The position numbers were made by a program, and so were the translations under genes. The notes under the pieces were generated by a model. The model was not told the origin of the DNA. It saw only the letters and a program-made list of their open reading frames with translations, and did no database searches. From NCBI RefSeq assembly GCF_001194135.2, contig NC_069005.1:454717-518716 (forward strand): a stretch of DNA of 64,000 nucleotides. The letters are read 5' to 3'. Shown in pieces: positions 23,517 through 35,084 of this stretch (within the stretch, counting starts at the first letter, position 1; each line of letters begins with the position of its first letter). The stretch comes from Octopus bimaculoides (lineage: Eukaryota).

Positions 23517-24617
23517 TCAGTGAATTACGAGGATGTTAGGCATCCCAAACAGTTGGTAATTTAGTGATTTGGCAATCTGAGCAAAGCCTTCGCTTTCTAG
23601 GTGATGGTTGACAAGATATGGTGGGAAGATAACTCCACGACGATGCACATTAGCATCAACCAACAGACAAGAGGACCCCACACCATCCAGACTGACCACT
23701 TTGCCCTCATGTTTTAGTTCAGGTAAATACTGTCGTAGAGACTTGTTCGTATAACCTTCCAGCATCAAATATCCGGGCTCTTTTGAATTTAAATATTCTT
23801 TTGATTCTTTGGTTTCTCGCCAGGAATTTCGGTCATAAATATCGAGAATGTTTGGTGCCTTTCGGTACATGCATGAAGGCACCACAATCGGGACGTGAGC
23901 GGAGAGTAAAGTTTGGATAAGATCTTGGGGCACTTCCCGAAGATCGCTGTCAAGCCAGAGGACGTATTTTTCATCGCGCAAAGCACTCATCAGAAGGAAG
24001 TTTCGAACTTGTGCCAACCTCCTGCGACGATTCAACTGAATTGTCTCGTTATGTTTGTCTGAATGGCTCGCCAACATAAGCGTTGCATCATCTGGAATGT
24101 CTAAATTGTAAACTTCAATAGAACGAAATTTGTGTGAAATCCTCGATATCTGCCGTTTAGCAAGTTTAGGGGAGGGGACTCCGTATTTATCAATGCCGAG
24201 TGCAATCCTCAGACGGCAATGGGGATAAGACAAGGAGTTCAGAAGATTGAAATATTGATGGAAAAAACTGGCGAAATTATCAAATGGAGTCAGTATGAGG
24301 ATTGATGGGAGGACAAAGAGGCACTCATTCTTGGTTTCAGAATCTGTCGTTGTGTATTGCATTCTGTCTGTGTTGGGTTGTGAAGTTACCTGTTGTGTAA
24401 CTGTCCGACAGGTTTGGTTGAGAAGACGGAACGTATGGTGGCGATAGGCTTTGGCTTCTCTCATGTGTAAGTGGTACAGACATATGTCTAACTTTAGTCG
24501 GGCATCAGTCCGAAAAATGTCAGCAGTTATGAGATAGGTAAGACTGGATGTAAGTACCACGATACAAAGCATCAGAAGATGCCAGGGTTTTTGGTAAAAT
24601 ATTTTCGGTAGATTCAT
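23517..24617 (-). CDS. Mnn9/Van1/Anp1-like (GT62) glycosyltransferase, type II membrane protein, intronless CDS
   Basis: 366-aa ORF with an N-terminal hydrophobic anchor (LLMLCIVVLTSSLTYLITA). Motifs ILILTP, RRRRLAQVRNFLL, YVLWLDSD (DXD), YDRNSW, LDGVGSSCLLV..VHRRGVIFP and ESEGFAQIAKSLNYQLFGMPN are collinear with yeast Mnn9 as recalled. Confidence 0.9.
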   Translation of the reverse strand: MNLPKIFYQKPWHLLMLCIVVLTSSLTYLITADIFRTDARLKLDICLYHLHMREAKAYRHHTFRLLNQTCRTVTQQVTSQPNTDRMQYTTTDSETKNECLFVLPSILILTPFDNFASFFHQYFNLLNSLSYPHCRLRIALGIDKYGVPSPKLAKRQISRISHKFRSIEVYNLDIPDDATLMLASHSDKHNETIQLNRRRRLAQVRNFLLMSALRDEKYVLWLDSDLREVPQDLIQTLLSAHVPIVVPSCMYRKAPNILDIYDRNSWRETKESKEYLNSKEPGYLMLEGYTNKSLRQYLPELKHEGKVVSLDGVGSSCLLVDANVHRRGVIFPPYLVNHHLESEGFAQIAKSLNYQLFGMPNILVIH

Positions 24618-24753
24618 GATTCTAGCAGAAGTCTTGGAGAAATCATTGAAATGGCTTCAACTCTCTATTCCATGGTAGTTATATTTCTGTTCCTTCTTTC
24701 TCACCATCAGATTTCTGTACAAGGTTCAATGGAAAGATTCAAAAGTTGCCATG

Positions 24754-25013
24754 CTAGATAAAAAATAAATAAAAGAAAAGAAAAAGGAAATTAAAAGGCC
24801 AGTAATTTGGGGAGAGGAGGTAAGTTGAATACATCGACCCCAGTGCATAACGGGTACTTATCTCATCGACTCCGAAAGGATTAAAAGCAAAGACGACTTC
24901 GGCAGAATTTGGAATAAAGTTCCGCTAAGCATTTTGTCCGGCATGCTAACGGTTCTGCCACCTCGCCGCCCTCTGTCGCTCCCTAATTTTATGGCAATTT
25001 TTACACGACTTAC
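24754..25013 (-). other. Probable 5'-UTR intron of the GT62-like gene (contains a SINE)
   Basis: Minus-strand donor ACAG|gtaagt at 25013. Long pyrimidine tract plus tatctag acceptor at 24754, 136 nt upstream of the ATG. Confidence 0.6.
24795..24975 (-). mobile_element. SINE family A within the GT62 5'-UTR intron
   Basis: Reverse complement of GAGGGCGGCGAGGTGGCAGAACCGTTAGCATGCCGG... Confidence 0.7.
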
Positions 25014-27175
25014 CTGTTTCTTTCGATACGTTAGGAAATAAGCGAGGTGAATCCACGATCGCTAAGCAACTTAATCTATAGCTTTAGGCTCTACTGCAGA
25101 AGATCTATGCAAAATTATAAAGTAAACAGGAATAATGTAAACATTAGTATAATAAATAATTAACACTTAATTATTCCCTACAATGAGAGTAATTTGAAGA
25201 AGCGAAAGTTTTACGAATCTACACTTTCACTTTCTATTATTTATTATTATTATTATTATTGAGATGGGAACTAAAGAATATTAATATATTTTTATAAATA
25301 GATTTTCTCGGAGTACACAGAATAAGATTCGCAAAATAAGATAAATTGACGTTTAGAACAAGGCCGGAAGCCTTCTTCGGAAAACATCAGAACTGTCACC
25401 TTGCTTACGGAATGGACTTCTTATTTTTGTAGACGTATCATTAATTTCTATGAGTTTTCTTGTCTTCTTTCTTTGTTTGCAGACAAAAGAAATGATGGAG
25501 TGGATGAAATAAAGCGAAATAATATAAGGAAGGTTTATAAAATACATAAGTCTCAAGAATCTCAGTGCTATGGAACCACAGGGAGAGAGAGCAACGTAAG
25601 GAACAGGAAGCATGAGATGAAAGGATCAACATTAAAAGTCGAATCAAGCAGTGAATCTCTTGTCATACGAAATGTTAGAATTAATCGTTTTCAAAAAAGA
25701 AGGATACGACAACAAAGTCCTGGTTAGAGAAACATAAAATGGGGTGGTCACGAATGGCACGCCTTTGATCAAATGTTTACTCAATCAATGTTAACAGGAG
25801 GGTTAAACGATATTAAACTGTCAACGAACAAAAGCAGATAAAATAAAGGAAACGATTAGTTTTGATATTAAAACAACAAAGAGTAAATAAATACCTTTTT
25901 AACCAAAATACTGGCGACTTACTTTTCTTCTTCCGAAAACCATTCCTTTGGAAAAGTCGGTGATCTTTTATAAAACCCTAAATCTCTTAAACTGTTATTA
26001 TAGAATCAGAAAAAAATCTGTTGCTTAAAAGTGGTTGGCACACGGTTGGCAATGTCTTCTTCCTGCTGAGACGAGCGGAGAAATTGTTTTTTCTTTCAGG
26101 CCCAAAATAAAAGAAAAAATTCTGGAAGGAATAATTGAATGTGAAACAGCAAATAACACAAACATGAGAGAGAAAAAAAAAACAAAGGAAAATATTAGCA
26201 AAAGTAATTTACGTTAATTTTAAATGGATTATACCTTTAATGAGTTTTTTCTTCTTCTTCTTCTCGTTCGTGTCCTACTTTCTAACTAAAGTATATTTGT
26301 AGTTTTATATCAACAAGTGTGGCAGATTGAGTTTATTATGGCCAACAGGTAGAGGAAGGCAGAGAGGGGGAGGCGTAAATAGAGGGAGAGAAAGAGAGAG
26401 AGAGAGGGGGGAGAGACAGACAGAGATGAGCAAGAATGGATTCGAGTGGGGGGAAATAGAAGGAAAAAGAAAAGAGAGCAAAAAGTTAGGGTAAAAGGAA
26501 GATAAAGAACAGGAAGGGAATTAAATCATTCATACATACGCACACGCACACATATATACACACAGACACACACACGACGCACAAACACGAATATAGCGCG
26601 CGCGCTTTTACTTTTATTGGTTTCAGTCAGGGTTCGTGGCCATGCTGGGGCACTGCCATCATTCTGATTATTGACATATTTCAGCTCACTCTCACGGTTT
26701 TCTGTGTTGAATGAGGAAGCTGAACACCATTCTTTGTGTTTCTTGCCACGGCGGAGGTTCATCTGGTATTTGAGATAAAAATTTGTCTAAATTGTTCTTT
26801 GAATTAATCCCTATCTTATAATACCTTGTAGATCTTTTGGGAGATGGTGTCGGCAAGGAATTGAAACGCTGTGTTTCGGTATTGGTTCCTTACTTTTGGT
26901 GGAACAGTTGAGATCTTTGGTACTATGCAGTGGCGAGTTTAGGGGTTGCCATAGCTTTCAATCCTAGAGTTAGATGCTAGATCCTCTGGTATATTCCATG
27001 TGTGTGTGTGCATGTCTGTGTGTCTGTGAGCTGTATGAAACTATCTTCCCCTGCTCAGCCCCTTATTTCAACAATACACTTTATTCTATTCTAAAAACTC
27101 CATTGTAACAGCTCTGCAACAATGCTTAGATACATAAATTCCATGCTCTAAAAACTGAGGCTTGGCTAGGCCGGT

Positions 27176-27459
27176 TTGCCGAACTTTCCATATTCGCCCG
27201 ACTTTGAGCCTTCAGATCTCCATTTGTTTGGGTCTCTTCAAAATTCATTGAATAGACAAACCCTCAACTATGAAGAGCATGCAGAAAGTCACAGCAGGAA
27301 ATTTTTTGAGCTGGGAATAATAGCTCTGCCCACAAGAAGGCAGAAGATACTGGACAGAAACGGTAATTATATCACTGATTGAGTAAATCACTGATTGAGT
27401 TTAAAACTCGTTTATTTTCGTTTAAAAAAACCGAACGGACTTTTTGGCTAAACCAAAAT
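27176..27459 (+). mobile_element. Mariner transposon 3' remnant with terminal inverted repeat
   Basis: PYSPDFEPSDLHLFGSLQNSL...GIIALPTRRQKILDRNGNYITD* followed by the AAAAACCGAACGGACTTTTTGGCTAAACC TIR. Confidence 0.85.
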
Positions 27460-28304
27460 GATTCAGTTTTTCTTCATTTTTAAGGATACATTGAATAATA
27501 TATTCGTAAAAAAGAATCCGATGATTGCAGACGACAACTGACGACATTTTGAGGGGGTTTTTGTCTCTTTTTTTCCTTCCCACTTTCACCCTTCTCCCCC
27601 TCCTTCTCACTCTTTCTGCCTTTATAAGTTATTCTCCCCGTCCTCTCGATTTCTCCTCCCCTGCCTCCCGTTTCCAATCACCTAGTCTTTCCCCCACTCA
27701 CCCTCTCTCTCTATCTCTATCTATCTATCTGTCCGTCCGTCTGTCTGTCTGACATCTGCAGCTCATCTTTTATCATTCTCGCGCTTTCTCTTCCACTCCC
27801 ACCCCCACTCCCATATAATCCGACGTCGGAGTGTTTCTGTTGTTTTGACCTTTGACCTTCATCCATTCTCAGCCGACAACATTCCCGACAAATCCAGTCT
27901 CAAAACATAGACTCACACAGACGCACGCGAACACACACACACACACACACAAGTTAAGCGATGGCGGAGAAGGAAAAGTAATAAATGATTTCGTGTCACG
28001 ACTGAATTCCTGCGTTGGCACCATAAAAAATAGTTGGAATGAGGAAGTTCTTGTTTGTGGAATGTAAAACAACAACAACAGTTCGAGACAATGAGGGAAA
28101 TACAGGGCGTCGCTCAATCTGTTAGAAATAACAGCTAACCTCCCTCAAACTTCATCCAGCTGTCTTTAAAAAATATAATATGATCTTCACAAGAGAGTAT
28201 GGGCAATGGCTATGGGTGGAATGTCTTGTGATGACAGACCTGATTGATCAGAACTGGTCCGGTGGGAAGATACTGACACAAATAATCTACCCAATATTTT
28301 TTAT

Positions 28305-28640
28305 CTCTCACTTGTTTTAGTCATTAGACTGCGGCCATGCTGGGGCATCGCCTTGGAGATACTATAGTTGAATGAATAGACACTAGTACTTGTTTACTTT
28401 TAAGCCCGGTACTTATTCTATCGGTCTCTTTTGCCGAAACGCTAAGTTACGGGAACGTAAACATACCAACAGCGGGTCACGGACACAAACACACACGCAC
28501 ATACATACAACAGGTTTTTTTTTTTCAGTTTCCGTCTAGCAAATCCACCCATAAAGCTTTGGTCGGCCTGGGGCTATAGTAGAAGACACTTGCCCAAGGT
28601 GTCACGCAGCAGGACTGAACCTGGAACCATGTGATTGAGA
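28305..28640. mobile_element. Composite of family D (+) and family C (-) repeats
   Basis: Both consensus cores are visible back to back. Confidence 0.65.
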
Positions 28641-29312
28641 ATTCGTTTGATTCGAACCTTTGATTCGAACCTTTCCCCACTTAATTTTTTTTTTATGAGA
28701 TTTGGCTGTTATTTCTAGCATGTAAATAGCCTGCTTGGAGCTGTGTGGAAATTGAAATTTTACAAACAATATTTTTTCANNNNNNNNNNNNNNNNNNNNN
28801 NNNNNNNNNNNNNNNNNNNNNNNNNNNNNNNNNNNNNNNNNNNNNNNNNNNNNNNNNNNNNNNNNNNNNNNNNNNNNNNNNNNNNNNNNNNNNNNNNNNN
28901 NNNNNNNNNNNNNNNNNNNNNNNNNNNNNNNNNNNNNNNNNNNNNNNNNNNNNNNNNNNNNNNNNNNNNNNNNNNNNNNNNNNNNNNNNNNNNNNNNNNN
29001 NNNNNNNNNNNNNNNNNNNNNNNNNNNNNNNNNNNNNNNNNNNNNNNNNNNNNNNNNNNNNNNNNNNNNNNNNNNNNNNNNNNNNNNNNNNNNNNNNNNN
29101 NNNNNNNNNNNNNNNNNNNNNNNNNNNNNNNNNNNNNNNNNNNNNNNNNNNNNNNNNNNNNNNNNNNNNNNNNNNNNNNNNNNNNNNNNNAGAAATGAAA
29201 TTAAATTGCGGTCAAAGGGAGATAACCGAAGCCAACAAATGGAAGGGAAACAACTCAAAATAATTGATTTCTGATTCAGACGCAACAAATGGAATTTCGA
29301 CAACTTAAAAAT

Positions 29313-29313
<1 letters not shown>

Positions 29314-29397
<84 letters not shown>
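29314..29397. repeat. (TAG)n microsatellite
   Basis: Direct inspection. Confidence 0.95.
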
Positions 29398-29609
29398 CAA
29401 TTTCTTTTCATTCAATTTAATTTTCTGTTGCAGATTTAGTCTGTTTAGAAAGACTTCCTTCGCATTTTTTTTTCTTTTCATTTTCTCATTCAGAACTTTG
29501 TTCAGCTCCAAAATGTCCAGGTATTTGTATCCGATATGCTCATGGTCACCAATTGATAGTCTATCAGAAGATTCGGTCCCGCAATTACATAGAAGCCTAC
29601 CTCTTTTCA

Positions 29610-30150
29610 CAGTCAGGGTGGCACACTTTACATGACCCTACACTCAGATAAAACAAATAAGTGTAGATTATGTGGGAAGTGTGACGTGCTTACACAGGGA
29701 GAATGTAAAAGATATCTCGATAAAGTGTGCTTATGCATCCACTGGTCTTTACGCAAGAAATATAAATTTCTCTGAGAAATAGTATCGGCACAAACAAGAG
29801 AACGTCATAGAAAATCAGGCTGTGAAGCTCTTGTGAGACTTTACATTCCAGACAAAGAGTTCTTGAAGTTATGCAAGGCATAACTCTGGTGAAGAAAAGT
29901 ACAGTATGGAGGTGTTTGTTGATTGATGTAGCTTGGCCGGAAGATCATTATATCAACGATAAAGAAAACCAGGAAAGTTGTAAAATATTCAGAGCTGAGA
30001 ATAGATGTTGAGAGAGTGAGGAATATGAAAGTAAGAATGGTACGAATTGTGACTGAAACACTTGGGTTCGTGACAAAAAGTCCCCAGAAACATTTTGGCA
30101 TGATTAGAATCAGTCACAGCATTATGACATTGCAAAAGACAACGATTTGG
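29610..30150 (+). mobile_element. R4/Dong-like LINE remnant (REL endonuclease region)
   Basis: ITLVKKSTVWRCLLIDVAWPEDHYINDKE...KYSELRIDVERV.NMKV..V.IVTETLG. Confidence 0.65.
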
Positions 30151-30689
30151 GGAATTGAAAATATCCCGTGGAGCGAACATTTTTTCTGAGGTTGTATGAT
30201 ATGATAGGGAGTCAAACAATCCAATGTTAACAGAATCATTACTATGCAGATGAAGAAATAATAAGAAACTCTGCCTCTCTCTGGCAATCTTCCATTCCGA
30301 TCTCAGTTTAGCGGAATGAGCACAATAGCATCTAAAAGTGTCACCTTCGTCTTCAAAATCAGAAAATGTTCCAGCACAGAACTGTTGTTAAAAGCTCTTC
30401 GGGTATTAAAGCCACATCGAAATGTTACTCACACATCTGGTTCAGCTTTGTTACAACACAGAAATATTTAAGACAATATTCCTCCACACTATCCAGGTTA
30501 CTTGATTGTAACCTGGTCTCTATGGCTGAATGCCCTTCCTAATGCCAACTACTTTACAGAGCGTACTGGGTGCTTTTATGTAGCACCAACACAGGTGATT
30601 TTTATGTGACACCAGCACCTACGAACCCATGAGATTAGGGATACTCAACTGGAGAGTGTTGCAGGGGATGAGCCTGTATGCAAGGCCAA

Positions 30690-30950
30690 CCATGTTTTTA
30701 CTTAGCCTGACATGTCTTTTCAAGCTCAGCAAACCACCAGGGGTCTTGGTCCCCTGTCATCCCCTCTGTGAGTCCCAACATCTGTAGATCCTTTCTAACC
30801 ACTTTGTCCCATGTCATCCTGGGTCTACCCTTTCCACATGTTCCCTCCACAATAAGAGATCAACACCTCTTGATGCAGCCGTCTTCATTCATATGCATTA
30901 CATGGCCATACCAAAGCAGTATTCTCTCTTGCACACAACATCTGATGTCG
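30690..30950 (-). mobile_element. RTE LINE 3' remnant
   Basis: RCCVQERILLWYGHVMHMNEDGCIKRC; same family as 7240-7900. Confidence 0.7.
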
Positions 30951-31162
30951 TGTGTATATACACACATTCGTATATATATGTGTATGTGTGTGTGTATGTG
31001 TGTATGTATGTCTATGTATGTATGTACATATACACACATATGCATGCACACGCTGTGTAGTCAGGCTAAATTTGACATTTTGCAGGACAAGAATAGAAAA
31101 CACAATTACCCATCCAAAATTAAAAGTATTTTTTAAAAAATCAAAAAAAAATATCAACAAGA

Positions 31163-31800
31163 TTATGGCTGGGAGATGAAAGTTTTGCCAAAGTAGCCAC
31201 CCTCAGCTTCCACCATGACCTCAACACAGCTCTGGAACTTGGCATTTATGTTGTTCACTGTGTCCGGGAAGATCTTTGGACACCTCCCTGATCTTGACCA
31301 CCAGTTCAGCTGTGGTGTTGCAAGCAGTGGGGTCATTGTCTTTCTCAACTGCAGTCCACACACAATAATCCATGGCGTTAAAATGAGGGGAATTAAGAGG
31401 CCAGAAATTTGGGTTGTTGAAGAGGGAGAAATTCTCTGATAACCACTTCTAACTCTTTCTGGAGGTATGGCAAGGAGCCAAATCCTGCTGCCACACATAT
31501 GGCCTTCCAGCAACAACTCCCTCCAGCTACAGCTTGACCAATCTCCAGCGGCTTCATATAGCTGTATGAATTGAGCCTAAGGCCCTTCTCAAAGATGTGG
31601 GGACGAATTCTGGTGTGTGGATACAGTCAGAACACTTGCTGTGTCCCTTCCTGCAGGCGACGGCTTCATAGTCTCAGTTGTGGCTGTCCTTAGTTTTTAC
31701 AGTGTCTAAAGACGATTGAACAGCAGTCATGATGTCAGCCTTTTGATAACCTGTGCAAATCATCATGATACAGGTAACTCTTTTCCAATATTCAGATGAC
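31163..31800 (-). mobile_element. Tc1/mariner transposase remnant
   Basis: Frameshifted WP..SPD.NPLDY-like segment and KFQSCVEVMVEAEGGYF C-terminus. Confidence 0.7.
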
Positions 31801-31819
31801 TTCCAGTCAGTTAACCTTT

Positions 31820-32050
31820 TCTCTGCACAATTTTGCCATTTTATTGGCAGCTTATTTATGTCAGCAGCAAAGAATTCTGTAGAGTAAGAGGTGGTGAAAT
31901 CACGAAAGGCTGTTTTTGCATCTTCTTCAGATTTGAAGTTTTTTTCCTTGCAAAAAGTTGTCTAATGCCTGGAACATGTGATAGTCAGTTGGTGCAAAGT
32001 CTGATGAATATGGTGGATGACAGCATAAAATATTACAGTTAACAACTGTC
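31820..32050 (-). mobile_element. Mariner transposase remnant
   Basis: HPPYSSDFAPTDYHMFQALDNFLQGK. Confidence 0.8.
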
Positions 32051-33724
32051 AAACTTGGTGTGTAAGAAAATCGGACATTTCATTCTTAATGACCTGATGC
32101 TTCCTTCTCCTTAAAGAGGAGAACAAAAGTTGATTATGGTAAACATTAAAAACTGTAATATTCTGGCCAAGTTATCAGGGCTCAGAATTTCTGCCTTCAT
32201 CCTCAGGGACTGGATAAATAGAAAATGGGTTGAAGGGTGTCAAAGATTAAGATGAAGTGAAAGTGTAAAGAGGTAGAATGGGGAGGTCCTTGACATAGCA
32301 TATAGCTGCTGCACTGGATCACAGTGTATGAGGTCCCATGAGGATAAGAATTATTATTAATTTCTCTATTCCAGCATCATAAAATATTCTGACAGCAATG
32401 AAGCATAGGAGATTCTACCATGATCAAGAAATAGTTGAACTCCAATCTGACAGGAATATAAATTCAATTATAGAAATATAATTAGGGAAGAGAAGTTCTG
32501 GAATGACCATTTGCTATTAAACATCCAGGGCCCCGCATATGATCGTCCTGTTTTTACTTTCCTGTTAGCAACATCACCAGGTCTTTGACTACCTTAAAGA
32601 GGGCCCATTCTGTAGCAAGGATTTAGACAAGGTCTGCAATTTGTGGATGATTTTTTTGTCTGTTTATGCCACAAATGTCATATGACCGAGAAAGAATCAT
32701 GGGGAGGGCTTCCAAGAGAAATATTGCAAAGCAAAAATATAGATAAACTGATTTAAGCTCATCCTAGGTAGCAAAAACTATTGACCATATCCTGTGAGTT
32801 GTCCATTCATGACTATACACTCATATTGCTCATTGTTGTTGTACATCTATCACAATTCAAACTCTGTTGAGTTCCTGGTACCCTAGCAGAGATCTAACTG
32901 CATCTTTGTACCCCTTTTATAAGTGGCCGAATTCTGGCACAGCCTGAAGACTGAAGACCAGTGTATAAGCAAATTACGAGCATTCCATCGTTTATGTTTG
33001 CCAAAGCGAATTAGAAAAATTCTTGGATAAAATAATGATCTTTTGTTTGTTTATGGCTATAAACCCTGCTCTTTGTTTTTTGGTTATTTTTCAAATTACC
33101 ATTCTTAAATGTAATTTTTTTGTTTATTATTTATTTTTTATTTTACAGTTTGTAATATCAAATCATTTAAAACACGAACTTTATAAACATTTATAGAAAT
33201 TTATCTTTGAGGAAAAAATATCAAAATGGGAAGAGAAAATTGATGCAAGTATTGTAAAATAATGTTTTTATTAAATGTTATATTTATTTTTTCACTAATA
33301 AATGTCAAAGAAATTTGTTGTCTGAAAGAGAGAGGGACAATACATGTATATATGTATGTGCGTCTTTCTGTTTGTCTTTTCCACCGCCCCTTGGCAACCG
33401 GTGTTGGTTTATTTACGTTCCCATAACTTAGAGGTTCAGCAAAAGAGACCTATAAAATAAGTTCTAGATTTTTTTTTTTTTATGTATTGAGATCGACTCA
33501 ATCCTTCAAGGTGATGCTCCTGCTTGGCCGCAATCCAGGAACTGAAATAAAAGAATTTTTTTTTTTTTAAATAAATAAAATTTAAACTAAAATAGGGAAA
33601 ATAGGGAAAAGCGATTGAGGCAAAGAAGTTGTCGTCTGGTAAAGTGACTTGAGTGGTCGTCGCCTCTGCAGTGAAATAGAACAACGAGAGTCATTGATTG
33701 TGTTTCACGACAGAGGCTCGGAGT

Positions 33725-33734
33725 AAACATGGCG
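33725..33734 (+). promoter_or_regulatory. YY1-type motif (AAACATGGCG) near the likely AKAP10 transcription start; its ATG opens a 6-codon uORF (MAPAKL*)
   Basis: Reverse complement CGCCATGTTT matches the YY1 core. It lies about 230 bp upstream of the AKAP10 ATG in a locally CpG-containing stretch. Confidence 0.4.
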
Positions 33735-33961
33735 CCTGCCAAACTCTGAGGAATCACTCTGGCAAATACAAACGGGAAAATATCGAAATTGTACATATTT
33801 TACCGGCTTTTTAAATTTTATTTTACATCTTTCTATTTGTTTTTTTATAATGGCACAGGACATAAACTTGTTGTTTCTAAAATACAAGCTCAGGAGGCTG
33901 TAAGCCAACACCAACCATCATTATTATTATTGTTATTATTATTATTAATATTATTATCAAA

Positions 33962-33986
33962 ATGCCGCTTTTCAAGAGGAAATCAG
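33962..33986 (+). CDS. AKAP10: A-kinase anchor protein 10, coding exon 1 (MPLFKRKS)
   Basis: aaaATG then MPLFKRKS, resembling vertebrate AKAP10 MSFFRRK. Strong donor TCAG|gtaaga; phase 1 matches the next exon. Confidence 0.72.
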
Positions 33987-34371
33987 GTAAGATGCGAGTT
34001 TCTTGTTTTAACAACACCAAATAGCTTAGTCAGGTTATTTGTTTTATATCAATCTCTCATCTATTTTCATCGTCTCACCTATCTCGTTCCGTTTACCTTA
34101 TTTATGATGTTGGATGTCTTATTAATTGTAAAACGATACTGAATGTGGTCATTGCAGCCAATGTTTTTGTGTGCATGTTATTGTATTATATCATAAAATA
34201 ATTGTGTTGTGTTTTCGTCGTCCTTGAAACAATCGTCACTGCCGTCTTGCTGAAGACGTTGTCTTTGGAGTTGCATGTGTCTTAAACGTCAGTGAAAACT
34301 CCACCCTCCTGGAAGGGTGACAATCCCCTCAAACAACTAACCTTTATTTATACATACATACATATGTATAT

Positions 34372-34435
<64 letters not shown>

Positions 34436-34815
34436 ACTCTCCCGTCCTAAATTCATTGTTAAAAGCATTAAATAAACTCGGTGCTGTATTATTATTACAC
34501 ATAGTATTTCTATTTAAAAGGTGCATCAAGTTAATATCCGTGTTTTGGACGCGGTCCCTTAATTATTTATTGTCTCTGCTCTCGTCTTTGCTGCATGTTG
34601 TGTTTCTGTTGTTGTCAAGGATTTTCAACATACCCACCTCCTTTNNNNNNNNNNNNNNNNNNNNNNNNNNNNNNNNNNNNNNNNNNNNNNNNNNNNNNNN
34701 NNNNNNNNNNNNNNNNNNNNNNNNNNNNNNNNNNNNNNNNNNNNNNNNNNNNNNNNNNNNNNNNNNNTTTTTTTTTTTTTTAACAGGAAACTCACTAAAA
34801 ATAATGTGGCGTGTA

Positions 34816-34850
<35 letters not shown>

Positions 34851-35049
34851 GTGGAGTAGATTGAGTCGGTTTCCTAGTTGAACACTATCACCTGGCATGG
34901 TGGATACCTTTCGTGGAGTCGTTCGGACCAGATCTTCACACTGAGGGTATCATCCTCCCTTCTTCCTCTAACAATCCAAAAAGGGCCATGGTCGTTCCTT
35001 CCTAACTGGCTAAAGATTACACACGCAAACACGTATGGATGTTTGTGTG

Positions 35050-35084
<35 letters not shown>

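Noticed and set aside
12155-24617. Contamination as the source of the two atypical genes
   Set aside because: Both are embedded among host SINEs and microsatellites and continuous with AKAP10. The tRNase Z has three spliceosomal introns, and the GT62-like gene has a probable 5'-UTR intron containing a host SINE.
25401-25727. 108-aa plus-strand ORF with a good acceptor at about 25482
   Set aside because: No Met start, no homology and no linked exons.
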